A stretch of DNA of 64,000 nt from an uncultured Gemmatimonadaceae bacterium (GCA_963843845.1 CAWJMB010000002.1:2368001-2432000), one strand, 5' to 3'. Shown: positions 1 through 9,887, counted from the first letter of the stretch. Numbers and translations are program-made. The notes: a model not told the origin generated them from the sequence alone.

Positions 1-803
1 TTCTCGGCGGCCGTCGACTCGAACAGGTCGGCGCCGCGGCCTGCGCAGTCGCCGACGTTGTCGCCCACGAGATCGGCGATCACGGCGGGATTGCGGGGGT
101 CGTCTTCCGGAATTCCTGCCTCGACCTTTCCGACCAGGTCCGCGCCGACGTCGGCCGCCTTCGTATAGATGCCGCCACCGAGCTGCGCGAAGAGCGCGAC
201 GAACGAGGCGCCGAACCCGAAGCCGACGATCAGGAATGGAATGCGCCGAACCCACTCGTCGGTCGACACACCCTCGGGCGCGATCGCCGCGAGCGCCGCG
301 AACATGCCGGTGACGCCGATGAGCGACATCGCGACGGTGAACAGCCCGGACACCGCACCGCCGCGCAACGCCGTCTGGAGCGCCGCGTTCAGCGAGTGCG
401 TCGCCGCCGCCGCCGTGCGGATGTTCGTGCGGATGGACACCCACATCCCCATGTAACCCGCGATCCCCGAGCAGATCGCCCCGAGCAGAAACGCCACGGT
501 CGTGTACAGCGCGAGCGTGTTCGCCGACAGCGCCCCAGGGATGTCGCTCGACTCCGCCGGGCGGAAGAACGCGTACCCGACATAGATCAGCGCCGCGACG
601 ACGACCGAGAGCAGTCCGATCGTCTTGTACTGCCGCGCCAGGTACGCCTCCGCACCTTCCTGGATGGCGTCAGAGATTCGCTGCATGGCGGCCGTCCCGC
701 GGTCGCGCGCGAGCACGCCCCGCGAGATGAATCCCGCCACGACGAGCGCTAGTGCACTCGCGCCAAGGATGACCCAGAGGAGGAAGGACTGCGAGGGAAC
801 CAT
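1..803 (-). CDS. hppA: Membrane-bound H+/Na+-translocating pyrophosphatase, 5' part (runs off window start)
   Basis: Manual translation from ATG 803 gives multiple TM helices and the signature GGIYTKAADVGADLVGKVEAGIPEDDPRNPAVIADLVGDNVGD. Absent from the ORF track because it has no stop in the window. Confidence 0.96.
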   Translation of the reverse strand, partial: MVPSQSFLLWVILGASALALVVAGFISRGVLARDRGTAAMQRISDAIQEGAEAYLARQYKTIGLLSVVVAALIYVGYAFFRPAESSDIPGALSANTLALYTTVAFLLGAICSGIAGYMGMWVSIRTNIRTAAAATHSLNAALQTALRGGAVSGLFTVAMSLIGVTGMFAALAAIAPEGVSTDEWVRRIPFLIVGFGFGASFVALFAQLGGGIYTKAADVGADLVGKVEAGIPEDDPRNPAVIADLVGDNVGDCAGRGADLFESTAAE

Positions 804-1027
804 GGACGTTCGGTCCGGATGAAGGGGCGAGGGACGGTGCGTGAGGAGCGCGGACGCGCCGCTACGATCGGCGGAGCTTGTCGGCGCACAGACAGGCCCG
901 TCGGCGTAATCCGGCGGAAACTAGGCGCGCCGCAACGACTTGGAAAGCCGCGGCGCTCGTCCGTCCGGATAACGAAAACGCCGCGAGCGGGTCGCGGCGG
1001 CGCGGAGCGAACGTGGGCTCGTCGCGT

Positions 1028-1942
1028 TCAGAACACGTACGTCAGCGATCCTTTCGCGCGGACCGGCTGCCCGTCGGCACGCACCGCCGCGCGGAAGCGC
1101 ACCGCCTTCAACACCTCGTTGAGCTTGCGGTTGTAGCCGCCGTCGCGCGTCGGCGTGAACTCGAACGAGAGCACCCGCCCAGTCGAGTCCACGTCGAACT
1201 GCGCCACGAGCTGCGTCCCCTTCACCTTGTCAGGCACCGGGATCGGAGGCAGGAACAGCTCTGTGGCCTGCGGGGGGTAGATCGTAGCGGTACCGCCGCC
1301 CGTTCCGGGACCGACACCGGCGCCACGCCCGACACCGTTCCCGCTGCCGACGCCGCCGCCGCTTCCCGGGCCGCTGCCGGCGGTGCCGTCCGCGCCGGTG
1401 CCGCCGCCGGCACCGGCGGCAGGGGCGCTGGCTGCGGACGCCGCTTGCTGCGACGCTGCCGAGGGCTCCGGCGCCGACGGCGGGACGACGGGCGTCCTCA
1501 CGACCGGTGGCGTGACCGCCGGAACCGGGGCGGGCACGGGGGTCGGCTTGGCCGGCGGAGGGGGCACTACGACCGGTGGGGTGGGGGTCGGCGTGGGCGG
1601 CGCGATCTGGATGTAGTGCAGCCGTTCGACGACCCCGATCCCCGTGCGCCCGCCGTTGCCGAGCGTTCCACCGCCACCTCCCCCGGCAGGCCCCTCGCCG
1701 CCAGCACCCTGAATCTCTTGCAGCACCTTCGGCCCGAACACAGGTGCGAGCAACGCGAGAATGACGAGCGCGTGCAGCGCGATCGCCACGCCCGTGCTGA
1801 CCACGTTGCGGCCCTCTCGGCTCGGAATGCCGATGGGCGGGCGGTATGCGGGACGGTCCGGGACGGCGCCGGGACCGTCAGGCGACCACGAAGAATCCAC
1901 TGCGCGGTGACGAGTTGAGGAGGTCGATGCGACGTGGCTCAT
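1028..1942 (-). CDS. TonB-like energy transducer (TM anchor, Pro-rich and Gly-rich linker, TonB-C-like domain); start uncertain
   Basis: AIALHALVI TM helix with His, PPTPTPTPP and GSGPGSGGGVG linkers, C-terminal FDVDSTGRV...RFRAAVRADGQPV; follows exbD genes. Confidence 0.75.
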   Translation of the reverse strand: MSHVASTSSTRHRAVDSSWSPDGPGAVPDRPAYRPPIGIPSREGRNVVSTGVAIALHALVILALLAPVFGPKVLQEIQGAGGEGPAGGGGGGTLGNGGRTGIGVVERLHYIQIAPPTPTPTPPVVVPPPPAKPTPVPAPVPAVTPPVVRTPVVPPSAPEPSAASQQAASAASAPAAGAGGGTGADGTAGSGPGSGGGVGSGNGVGRGAGVGPGTGGGTATIYPPQATELFLPPIPVPDKVKGTQLVAQFDVDSTGRVLSFEFTPTRDGGYNRKLNEVLKAVRFRAAVRADGQPVRAKGSLTYVF

Positions 1943-2008
1943 ACACGCAACGACGGCGGACGAGCCCCGAAGGATTCGTCCGCCGTCGTCCCGCACGCGG
2001 GCGGGTGG

Positions 2009-2419
2009 TTACTGCGCGCCCTTCGGCGTGAAACCGATGATCTTGACGCCGGCGCCGCGGGAGATGTCGACGCCCTGGATGATGTCCTGGTACGTCGCGT
2101 CCGGATCACCCTTGATGAAGATGATCTTGTCCGGACGCGGATCGTACAGCTCCTTCAGCCGCGCGGGGAGCGTCGCTGCCGTCTGCGGCTCCTTGTTGAT
2201 CTCGAACTGTCCGCCCTTGTGCACGGACAGCACGATCTGCGAGGTGTTCGGAGCGCTCGATGGCTGCGGGTTCGGATCAGGGAGCTGCACGTCGAGCGCC
2301 TTCCGGCTCGACGGCACGATGACCATGAAGATGATCAGCAGCACCATGAGCACGTCGATCATCGGCGTGACGTTCGGATCGGCGTTGAGCGCGCCGCCGT
2401 TTCCGCTGGACATGGACAT
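2009..2419 (-). CDS. exbD: Biopolymer transport protein ExbD/TolR
   Basis: NVTPMIDVLMVLLIIFMV motif; IFIKGD in the C-terminal domain. Confidence 0.93.
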   Translation of the reverse strand: MSMSSGNGGALNADPNVTPMIDVLMVLLIIFMVIVPSSRKALDVQLPDPNPQPSSAPNTSQIVLSVHKGGQFEINKEPQTAATLPARLKELYDPRPDKIIFIKGDPDATYQDIIQGVDISRGAGVKIIGFTPKGAQ

Positions 2420-2422
2420 GGA

Positions 2423-2926
2423 TCAGTCTCCTCCCTTCGGCGGGGCGGCAGCGGCAGCCGCCGCGTCGGCCTTCGCATCCGCGACATCGTCGACACCCTT
2501 CCCATCCGTCCCCGGCAGCTGCTCGGAGACGAGCCCGGTCACGCGAACACCCGCCTTCGCCGCGATGTCGAGCGCGTCCTGCACCTTCGCGTACTCGAGG
2601 TTCTTGTCGGCACGGACGTAGAGAATGAACTCCTCACGTCCCGGCGCCTGGAAGATCTGCTTCAGCGCCTGCTCCAAGTCCTCGTTCCGAACCGGGTTCC
2701 GATTCAGATAGTAGACCCCCTGCCGGTCGATACCGAGCAGTTGGTCACCGTCTTCCTCGGGGTGCTTCTTGAGGTTCGTTCCCTGCGGCGGTGCCGCGTT
2801 CAAGCCCGACGTCAGCGTCGGGATGATCACCATGAAGATGATCAGGAGCACGAGCATGACGTCGACGAGCGGCGTCACGTTCGGCTCGGCTTTGACGGCG
2901 GCGCCGCCTCCGGTGGACATACCCAT
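2423..2926 (-). CDS. exbD: Biopolymer transport protein ExbD/TolR
   Basis: NVTPLVDVMLVLLIIFMV motif; YVRADK. Confidence 0.93.
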   Translation of the reverse strand: MGMSTGGGAAVKAEPNVTPLVDVMLVLLIIFMVIIPTLTSGLNAAPPQGTNLKKHPEEDGDQLLGIDRQGVYYLNRNPVRNEDLEQALKQIFQAPGREEFILYVRADKNLEYAKVQDALDIAAKAGVRVTGLVSEQLPGTDGKGVDDVADAKADAAAAAAAPPKGGD

Positions 2927-2966
2927 TCGCTACCTCCTGAGGCCCGTGGCCGGTGGGTCCGAGAGG

Positions 2967-3698
2967 TTACTGCGAGATCGTGCCGCCGGTGCCCGTGCTG
3001 AACTCGCGCGTGAACCGCGACCGCCCGAACTCGCCGGAGACGCCCTTGATGAGGTAGTCGATCATTTCCTTCGACGTGTACGTCATCTCGGCCGTGAGGT
3101 TGTCGATCTTCGTCGAGAAGTAGTTGAACATCCAGACGGCCGGGATCGCGACCATGAGGCCGAATGCCGTCGTGATGAGCGCCTCGGCGATGCCGGCCGA
3201 GATCGCGGAGAGACCGCCGGAGCCGGACGCGGCCATACCCGTGAACGCGTTCACGATGCCCATCGTCGTGCCGAGCAGACCGACGAACGGCGCCGTGGCG
3301 CCCGTCGTCGCGAGCACGCCGAGGCCGCGCTTCAGGTCGACGATCGTCATCAGCATCTCACGCTCGACCGCGCGCTCCGCCGAGTTGATGTCGGCGACGG
3401 TGACCGACCCGTCCATGATGAGCGGGCGGACTTCCGACAGCGCGTTGCCGAGCACGCGGGCGACGTGCGACTTCTTGTAGCCCTCGGCGAGCTTGATCGC
3501 CTCGGTGAGGTTGTCCTCCTCGAGGAACTGGCTGAACTCCGGCGCGAAGCGCTTCGTCTCCGCCTGCGCCTGCCGGATGCTCCACCACTTCTGGATCATG
3601 ATCGTGAGCGACCAGATCGACATGATCGCCAGCGTGACGATGATCCCCTTCGCGAACACGCCCATCTGGGCCCAAAGGCCACCAAGTGACAGATCCAT
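2967..3698 (-). CDS. exbB: MotA/TolQ/ExbB proton channel protein
   Basis: APFVGLLGTTMGI and GIAEALITTAFGLMVAIPA motifs. Confidence 0.94.
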   Translation of the reverse strand: MDLSLGGLWAQMGVFAKGIIVTLAIMSIWSLTIMIQKWWSIRQAQAETKRFAPEFSQFLEEDNLTEAIKLAEGYKKSHVARVLGNALSEVRPLIMDGSVTVADINSAERAVEREMLMTIVDLKRGLGVLATTGATAPFVGLLGTTMGIVNAFTGMAASGSGGLSAISAGIAEALITTAFGLMVAIPAVWMFNYFSTKIDNLTAEMTYTSKEMIDYLIKGVSGEFGRSRFTREFSTGTGGTISQ

Positions 3699-3741
3699 AA
3701 CCCTGTTTCTCCGTAGACTATGACGAGTGGTTACCGGGAGC

Positions 3742-4458
3742 TCACTTGGTGAGCGCGAACTGGAACGGCTGCTGCACGAGCTGCTTGACCTTGCGACCGC
3801 CGACCTCGGCCGGCAGGAACCTCATGTTGTTGAGCGCCGAGCGAACTGCCTGCGTGAACAGGTCGTGGTCGGACTTGAGCGACTTGAAGGAGCCCGGCTC
3901 CACGCGCCCCGTCGTGTCGACGATGAACTGGGCGAGGACGGTGCCTTCGACGTTCGCCGACTTCAGCATGTCGGGATACCGCGGCGGCGTGCTGCCGGGC
4001 ACCGGGACGACCGGCTTCTCGACCTGGAAGTCGAAGTACGGCTGGTCCTGAACGACCGGCCCCGTACCGCCGACGACACCCTTGGCGACGCCGCCCTGCA
4101 CGCCCTTGCCGCTGAAGTCCGCCTCGTCCGTGACCCGCTTGGACAGGTCGACCTGCGGGATGATGTCGGGGATCTCGACTGGCGCGGACAGGACTTGGAA
4201 GCCCTTCGGCGGCGGCGGCGCGACGGCGACGTCGGGCGGCGGCGGTGGCGGCGGCTCGTTCTTCGGCGGAGGCGGCTCGTCTTTCTTCATCTCGACGAAG
4301 TCGACCTTCTCCTCTTTCGGCTTCTCGTTCTCGATCGTGGCGTGCGCCGTCGCATAGACGGCGCCGACGATGATGAGCGAGTGCGCGATGATGCTGAAGA
4401 TCGTGCCACCGACGCTCCGCTGCTTCTTGGCCTTGGACTCGAGCAGGTTGTTGAACAT
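3742..4458 (-). CDS. tonB: Energy transducer TonB
   Basis: SIIAHS TM motif, Pro-rich linker, PRYPDML...VEGTVLAQFIVDTTGRV TonB-C domain. Confidence 0.92.
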   Translation of the reverse strand: MFNNLLESKAKKQRSVGGTIFSIIAHSLIIVGAVYATAHATIENEKPKEEKVDFVEMKKDEPPPPKNEPPPPPPPDVAVAPPPPKGFQVLSAPVEIPDIIPQVDLSKRVTDEADFSGKGVQGGVAKGVVGGTGPVVQDQPYFDFQVEKPVVPVPGSTPPRYPDMLKSANVEGTVLAQFIVDTTGRVEPGSFKSLKSDHDLFTQAVRSALNNMRFLPAEVGGRKVKQLVQQPFQFALTK

Positions 4459-4546
4459 GGGCCGATGAGCTGAGTCAGGGACGCGGGATCCCGCAGGGGT
4501 ACGGGGCGCAGTCTAGCCGTCCCTCATGAACAGGGAATGGCGCGAA

Positions 4547-4564
4547 GATTAAGGTTCGATTAGG
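4547..4564 (-). promoter_or_regulatory. Candidate OmpR/PmrA-type direct-repeat site upstream of tonB
   Basis: Minus strand CCTAATC-GAAC-CTTAATC (11-bp period), about 31 bp upstream of a TAGACT -10-like hexamer at 4510-4515. Confidence 0.45.
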
Positions 4565-4579
4565 CGCGTGTGACCGACG

Positions 4580-6172
4580 TCAGACTGGCGCGTCGTTCAC
4601 GATGGGACGCGACGCGTCGGCGGTGGGTGAAGACGGCGGACCCGCAGTCAGTGTCGGAAGGGTGACGGTGAAGGTCGAGCCGCGCGTGAGTCGGGACGCG
4701 ACCGTCAGCGTGCCCCCGTGCGCCTGCGAGATCCACTGTGAGATCGCGAGGCCGAGCCCGAAGCCGCCGCGCTCGGGCGTGCCGTCGTCGGCGAGGACGC
4801 GCCGGGACCGCGCGCGGTCGGCACGCCAGAATCGATCGAAGATGAACGGCAGGTCTGCCGCGGAGATGCCGATCCCGGTATCGCGAACGCTGAACGTGAC
4901 GCTGTCCTCCACCCGACGGAGCGAGAGTTCGACGGTCCCACCCGCCGGCGTGTACTTGATCGCGTTCGTGACGAGATTCAGGAACAGCTGGCGCAGCCGC
5001 GCCGCGTCGCCGAGGACGGTGGCGGCGTCGCAGGTCGGGAGCGAGATCGAGAGGGTGGCCGCTTCGCCGAGGATGACGGCGGTCTCGAAGATGTCGTGCA
5101 CGAGCGGCGCGAGCTCGATCGGCTCGCGGTGCAGATCGAACCGTCCCTCGTCGAAGCGAGCGAGGGTCAGGAGGCTGTCGACGAGATTCGCCATGCGCGC
5201 GTTCTCCTGGAGCGCCTCCTCGAGCGCGACGAGCTGTTCCTGACTCCCTGGCGGGGCCGACATCGCGCGCTCGACGTTCGCGCGGAGCACGGTGAGCGGC
5301 GTCTTCAGCTCGTGGCTCGCGTCGGCCGTGAAGCGGCGCAGTGCGCCGAACGACGTCTGCAGGCGCTCGATCATCTCGTTCAGGGTGAGTACCAGGCGCG
5401 CCATCTCGTCGCCGGTCAGGTCGTCGGCCTGCAGTCGGCGGTGCAGGCTGCGGCCGTCGGTGATCGCCTCCAACTCGGTGCGGACGGTGGCGAGGGGGCG
5501 AAGCGTCGCGCCCGCCATGTAGTAGGCGACGGCGACCGAGGCGAGGAGGAGGAGCGGCGCGAACCCGAGCATCGTGTCGAGCAGCTCGCGCTGCGCCGCC
5601 GCCACCGGCGCGCGGGAGAGGCCGGCGACGATGTAGCGCACCGGGGCGAGCGACGAGTCGACCATCGTGCCGACGACGAGGATGTCCTCGCGCTGCGGCA
5701 GGCCGCGCGCCCGCCACGCCGCCGCCCGCGTGCGGTCGGCGGTGTCGCGCACCGCGGCGAACGTCGCGGCGCGCGACCGGCCAGCACGGATGGCGTTCTG
5801 CACGATCGCAGCCGCCCCCCCGGCTTCGAGGAGTCGTGTCTCGAGCGACCCGTAGAGCACGAACCCGGTGCTGTCGGCGAGGACGACGAAGCCGGGAACC
5901 GCATCGAGCACGGCATACAGCTCGCGAACGACCTGCGGCCCGAGGTTGGAGTCGCGGACTTCCACGATCGGCTGCGGTCGCGCGACGCTCTCACGCACGC
6001 GGATGAACTCCGCGAGGAGCCGCGCCGACTCGACGCGCGCCCGCGCCTCCTGGGCGAGGTCGGCCTGCGTCGACGTTCCGCGACGGAACCAGAGCGTCGC
6101 GCCGAACACGACGATCGTCGTGACGAGCGCCGCCGCGTAGGTCGCGGTGAGCCGAGCGCGGATCGAGGCCAT
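4580..6172 (-). CDS. Membrane sensor histidine kinase (HAMP, HisKA, HATPase)
   Basis: Two TM segments; FTADASHELKTPL H-box, NLVTNAIKY N-box, DTGIG and GFGLGL G-boxes. Confidence 0.95.
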   Translation of the reverse strand: MASIRARLTATYAAALVTTIVVFGATLWFRRGTSTQADLAQEARARVESARLLAEFIRVRESVARPQPIVEVRDSNLGPQVVRELYAVLDAVPGFVVLADSTGFVLYGSLETRLLEAGGAAAIVQNAIRAGRSRAATFAAVRDTADRTRAAAWRARGLPQREDILVVGTMVDSSLAPVRYIVAGLSRAPVAAAQRELLDTMLGFAPLLLLASVAVAYYMAGATLRPLATVRTELEAITDGRSLHRRLQADDLTGDEMARLVLTLNEMIERLQTSFGALRRFTADASHELKTPLTVLRANVERAMSAPPGSQEQLVALEEALQENARMANLVDSLLTLARFDEGRFDLHREPIELAPLVHDIFETAVILGEAATLSISLPTCDAATVLGDAARLRQLFLNLVTNAIKYTPAGGTVELSLRRVEDSVTFSVRDTGIGISAADLPFIFDRFWRADRARSRRVLADDGTPERGGFGLGLAISQWISQAHGGTLTVASRLTRGSTFTVTLPTLTAGPPSSPTADASRPIVNDAPV

Positions 6173-6190
6173 GGCGCGCCGCGCGTCTCG

Positions 6191-6859
6191 TCAGGCCTTC
6201 ACCACGTACCCGACGCCGCGAACCGTGTGGATCAATCGCTGTACGTGGCCGGCGTCGATCTTCTTCCGCAGATGATTGATCACCACGTCCACGATGTTCG
6301 TGCCCGGGTCGAAGTGGTATCCCCACGCGTACTCGGTGATCAGCGTGCGACTCATGACTCGCCCCGCGTGGCGCATGAGATACTCGAGCACCGCGTACTC
6401 CTTCGGCGTCAGCTCGATCCGCTGATCACCGCGCCGCACCTCCCGCGTGTTCTGCTCGAGCTCCAGGTCGGCGACGTGCAGCTTCGGCGAGACGAGCGCG
6501 CGCGGGCGGCGCGCGAGCGCCTCGACGCGCGCGAGCAGCTCCTCGAACGCGAACGGCTTCGTGACGTAATCGTCGGCCCCCGCGCGCAGCGTCGCGACCT
6601 TCGCATCGACCGCGTCCTGCGCCGTGAGCACGAGCACGGGACGCTCGAAGTCGCGCGCCCGCAGGCTGTGCAGGACGTCGATGCCGTTCTTGCCCGGCAG
6701 GCGCATGTCGAGGATCACGACGTCGTACTCGCCGGTCGCCGCGGCGCGCTCGCCCGTCTCGCCGTCGGCGACGAGATCGACGACCCACCGCTGCTCCTCG
6801 AGGCCACGCTTCACGAACTGGCCGACCGTCGGATCGTCTTCGATGACGAGAATCTTCAC
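6191..6859 (-). CDS. OmpR/PhoB-family response regulator (CusR/QseB-like)
   Basis: ILVIEDD, LDMRLP, DDYVTKPF; C-terminal wHTH ending IHTVRGVGY. Confidence 0.96.
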   Translation of the reverse strand: MKILVIEDDPTVGQFVKRGLEEQRWVVDLVADGETGERAAATGEYDVVILDMRLPGKNGIDVLHSLRARDFERPVLVLTAQDAVDAKVATLRAGADDYVTKPFAFEELLARVEALARRPRALVSPKLHVADLELEQNTREVRRGDQRIELTPKEYAVLEYLMRHAGRVMSRTLITEYAWGYHFDPGTNIVDVVINHLRKKIDAGHVQRLIHTVRGVGYVVKA

Positions 6860-6875
6860 GGGGAGTCCGGAGAGG

Positions 6876-7910
6876 TCAGATCGCGTCGAGCAGCAGGTCG
6901 GCCGGGTGGATGAGGCCGTGCCTCGCCCGCGAGACAGCGCCGTCGATCACAAGCCGCAACTCGGTCACGTTGCCCGGCCAGCGGTGCGCGCGCAACCGAT
7001 CCAGCGCCGCCGTGCTCAACACCGTCGCAGGTACGCCACTCGCGCGACGCGCGAAGACATGGGCCAGCAGCGCGATGTCCCCGCCGCGATCGCGGAGCGG
7101 TGGCACCTCGAGCTGTACGTCGGCGAGGGCGCGGCGCAGGACCGGGGTCAGGTCGAGTCGATCGAGCGCGTACGCCGTCGTCACGACGAGCCCCGTCTCC
7201 GCGCGTCGGTCGTCCGCGAGCAGTCGCTGCATGTCCGCGTGCAGCAGCTCGATGCGCCGCACGTGCAACGTCCCGCCGCGCGCCGCGGCGCAGGCGCGCG
7301 CGAGCGAGGTGGGGTCGACTCGCGCGCCGTCGAGCGTGACGAACGGCGCCGGAGCCCCGCGCGCGCGGTGCACGCGCCGCGCGAGCGCCGATCGTCCCGT
7401 TCCCGGCTCGCCGATCACGAGCGCGGCGCCGATCGGCGCGGCGTCGACACGCGCGAGCAGCGCGAGGAGCGGCGGGTATTCGGTGAGCCACTCGTCTGCT
7501 GCCGCGGCCGCATCCCACGCCGCCACGCGGCGCTCGAGCGCATGACGCTCGGACGCGCGGTTCACGAGCAGGTCGACCTCGGCCATCCGGTACGGCTTCG
7601 CGACGTAGTCGTACGCGCCGAACTGCAGCGCCGCGAGCGCGGTGTCCACCGTTCCGTTGCCGGTCATGACGACGACCTGGGGCGGCAGGGGCCACCCGCG
7701 CACCTCGCGCAGGACGGCGAGGCCGTCCGCTCCGGGCATCTGCACGTCGAGCAACGCGACGTCGAAGGCGTCGGTCGCGAGCGCATCGAGCGCCGCACGG
7801 CCGTCGTCCACGAGCGTCACGGCGTGCCCGCGGCCGATCAGGAACTGCTGCAGCAGCAGCCCGAGGTGCGCCTCGTCCTCCGCGATGAGCACGCGGATGG
7901 GCACGCTCAC
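6876..7910 (-). CDS. Response regulator with a degenerate sigma54-activator-like AAA+ domain and no HTH
   Basis: GTG 7910 overlaps the kinase TGA. Intact receiver (IAEDE, LDVQMPG, YVAKPY), then GEPGTGRS, VPPLRDRGGDI and HRWPGNVTEL. Confidence 0.85.
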   Translation of the reverse strand: MSVPIRVLIAEDEAHLGLLLQQFLIGRGHAVTLVDDGRAALDALATDAFDVALLDVQMPGADGLAVLREVRGWPLPPQVVVMTGNGTVDTALAALQFGAYDYVAKPYRMAEVDLLVNRASERHALERRVAAWDAAAAADEWLTEYPPLLALLARVDAAPIGAALVIGEPGTGRSALARRVHRARGAPAPFVTLDGARVDPTSLARACAAARGGTLHVRRIELLHADMQRLLADDRRAETGLVVTTAYALDRLDLTPVLRRALADVQLEVPPLRDRGGDIALLAHVFARRASGVPATVLSTAALDRLRAHRWPGNVTELRLVIDGAVSRARHGLIHPADLLLDAI

Positions 7911-9163
7911 CGCGGCGCCGCCGGAAGCTCGACGCGGAACGTCGTTCCTTCGTGCGCGGCGCTGTCGACGACGATCCGTCCGCCGTGGTCGCGCACGATG
8001 CCATAGCAGATCGAGAGGCCGAGGCCCGTGCCCGCGCCGGGTTCTTTCGTCGTGTAGAATGGCTCGAAGATCTTCGTGAGCTCGTCGCGTGGGATCCCAG
8101 TTCCCTCGTCGATCACGGCGGCGCTCGCGGTGTCCGCGTCCGCCAGCGTCCGCACCGTGATCGCGTGCGACGCGCCGTCGCGCGCTTCGCGCTCGGCCAC
8201 CGCGTCGGCGGCGTTCAGCAGGAGCGCCATCATGACCTGCGTGAGCTGGTCGGGATCGGCGACCACGTGCGTGACGCCTGCCGGCGCGAGCTCCAGGTGC
8301 ACCACGGCGCGCTTGAATCGCTTGTGGTGTTTCAGCAGGAACAGCGTCTGTTCGACCACGACGTTCAGCTCGACGGGCACGCGGCGCACCGGCTTCGCAC
8401 GGCTGAAGTTCAGCAGGCCGTCGATGATGCCACGGCAGCGATGCACTTCGTGGTCGACGATCCGGAGATACTCGCTGAATCCCTGCGGTGCCGGCTTCGC
8501 CGGCGGCAGTTCGGCGATCGCGAGCGCCATCGTCTCGGCGCACGCGGCGATCGTCGCGAGCGGGTTGTTGATCTCGTGCATCACGCCGGCCGCGAGCTGC
8601 CCGATCGCCGCCAGCTTCTCCGCCTGTGCCGTTCGCTCGAGCGCCGCCCGCCACTCCGTCACGTCTTCACCGAGCGTGAGCACGTGCGTCACCAGCTCAT
8701 CGCCCGAACGCATCGGCACCTTCGTCAGTCGATACGTCCGCGCCTCGCCCGTGGAGCGCGACTCGATCTGGTAGTGCTGCGCCTCGCCGCTCGCGAACGC
8801 CTGGTCGAACTCCGCGCGCAGCACCTCCGCGTTCTGCCGAGGCAACACGTCGAAGATCGGCCTGCCCAGCGCCTCGTCGCGCGAGACGCCGGTCGTATCC
8901 GTCTCGCGCTTGTGGTTCCACAGCTGCACGCGGTACTCGCGGTCGATGACGTACAGCCCGACCGGCAACGCGTCGACCACGCGCTCGACCAACTCCCGGT
9001 GCGCGGCAGCGTCCACCGTGCGCCGCTCGACCTCGCGGTCGATCACGGCGGTCAGCGCCGACAGCGCGTTCCCCGTCGCCGAGTCGCTGTCCGGAGATGC
9101 GACGAGTCGTGCGACGACGTCGGCGATCTCGGCGAGCGCGCGGTCGGGCAGTCGGTCGGCCAC
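7907..9163 (-). CDS. Cytoplasmic PAS-domain histidine kinase (NtrB-like); start approximate
   Basis: PAS region, EKLAAIGQLAAGVMHEINNPL, IDEGTG, FYTTKEPGAGTGLGL; no TM helix seen. Confidence 0.92.
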   Translation of the reverse strand: MADRLPDRALAEIADVVARLVASPDSDSATGNALSALTAVIDREVERRTVDAAAHRELVERVVDALPVGLYVIDREYRVQLWNHKRETDTTGVSRDEALGRPIFDVLPRQNAEVLRAEFDQAFASGEAQHYQIESRSTGEARTYRLTKVPMRSGDELVTHVLTLGEDVTEWRAALERTAQAEKLAAIGQLAAGVMHEINNPLATIAACAETMALAIAELPPAKPAPQGFSEYLRIVDHEVHRCRGIIDGLLNFSRAKPVRRVPVELNVVVEQTLFLLKHHKRFKRAVVHLELAPAGVTHVVADPDQLTQVMMALLLNAADAVAEREARDGASHAITVRTLADADTASAAVIDEGTGIPRDELTKIFEPFYTTKEPGAGTGLGLSICYGIVRDHGGRIVVDSAAHEGTTFRVELPAAPR

Positions 9164-9174
9164 GTCGGTCGCGC

Positions 9175-9654
9175 TCAGCTCAACTTCGCGATCTCGGCGA
9201 GGATCTCGGCGTTCTCGCGGCGCTTGCCGGCATTCTCCTCGACGTGCGCCCAGCGCACGATGCCCTCGCGGTCGATGAGGAAATATGCGCGGTTCGCGAA
9301 GAAGAAGTCCTCGAGCAGCACGCCGTACGCGCGCGATGCGGTCCGCCTGAAGTCGCTCAGCATCTCGGTGCGCAGACCATACTTCGCGCGGAATTCCTTG
9401 AGCGTCGCATCCGAGTCGACGCTGACGGGCAGCACGGTCACCCCACACTCCGCGAACACGTCGTAGTCGTCGTTGAACGCGCAGACTTCCGCGGTACACG
9501 TGCTGGTGAACGCGAGCGGGAAGAACGCGACGAGCACGTTCTGCCCGCGGAGCGAGGAGAGCGACACGTCCTCGCGCGCCGTGTTGCGGAGCGTGAAGTC
9601 GGGGGCGAGCGAGCCGACGAGCGGGACGGCCGATGGCGTGGTCGGAGTGGTCAT
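9175..9654 (-). CDS. Peroxiredoxin (AhpC/TSA family, AhpE-like)
   Basis: APDFTL, FFPLAFTSTCTAE (PxxxTxxC), RAYFLID; true start ATG 9654. Confidence 0.92.
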   Translation of the reverse strand: MTTPTTPSAVPLVGSLAPDFTLRNTAREDVSLSSLRGQNVLVAFFPLAFTSTCTAEVCAFNDDYDVFAECGVTVLPVSVDSDATLKEFRAKYGLRTEMLSDFRRTASRAYGVLLEDFFFANRAYFLIDREGIVRWAHVEENAGKRRENAEILAEIAKLS

Positions 9655-9761
9655 GCTCCAGGTGCGGAAGACGGGCGTGAGTGCGCCACACAGCGACGCG
9701 CGGGACTCGTGGCGGAGCCCCGCGCGTCGGCACGGCATTCTCTGTTGGCGGACGTGCGAGA

Positions 9762-9834
9762 TGGAGCGTATCGGGCTCGAACCGATGACCCCCTGCTTGC
9801 AAAGCAGGTGCTCTCCCAACTGAGCTAACGCCCC
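9762..9834 (-). tRNA. tRNA-Ala(TGC)
   Basis: GGGGCGTTAGCTCAGTTGG...CCTGC TT TGC AA GCAGG...GGTTCGAGCCC cloverleaf; CCA not encoded. Confidence 0.97.
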
Positions 9835-9887
9835 GCGTACTTTACACGCCGAAAGTTATCACGTCCGACCTGCGAGAGGGAGCACCG

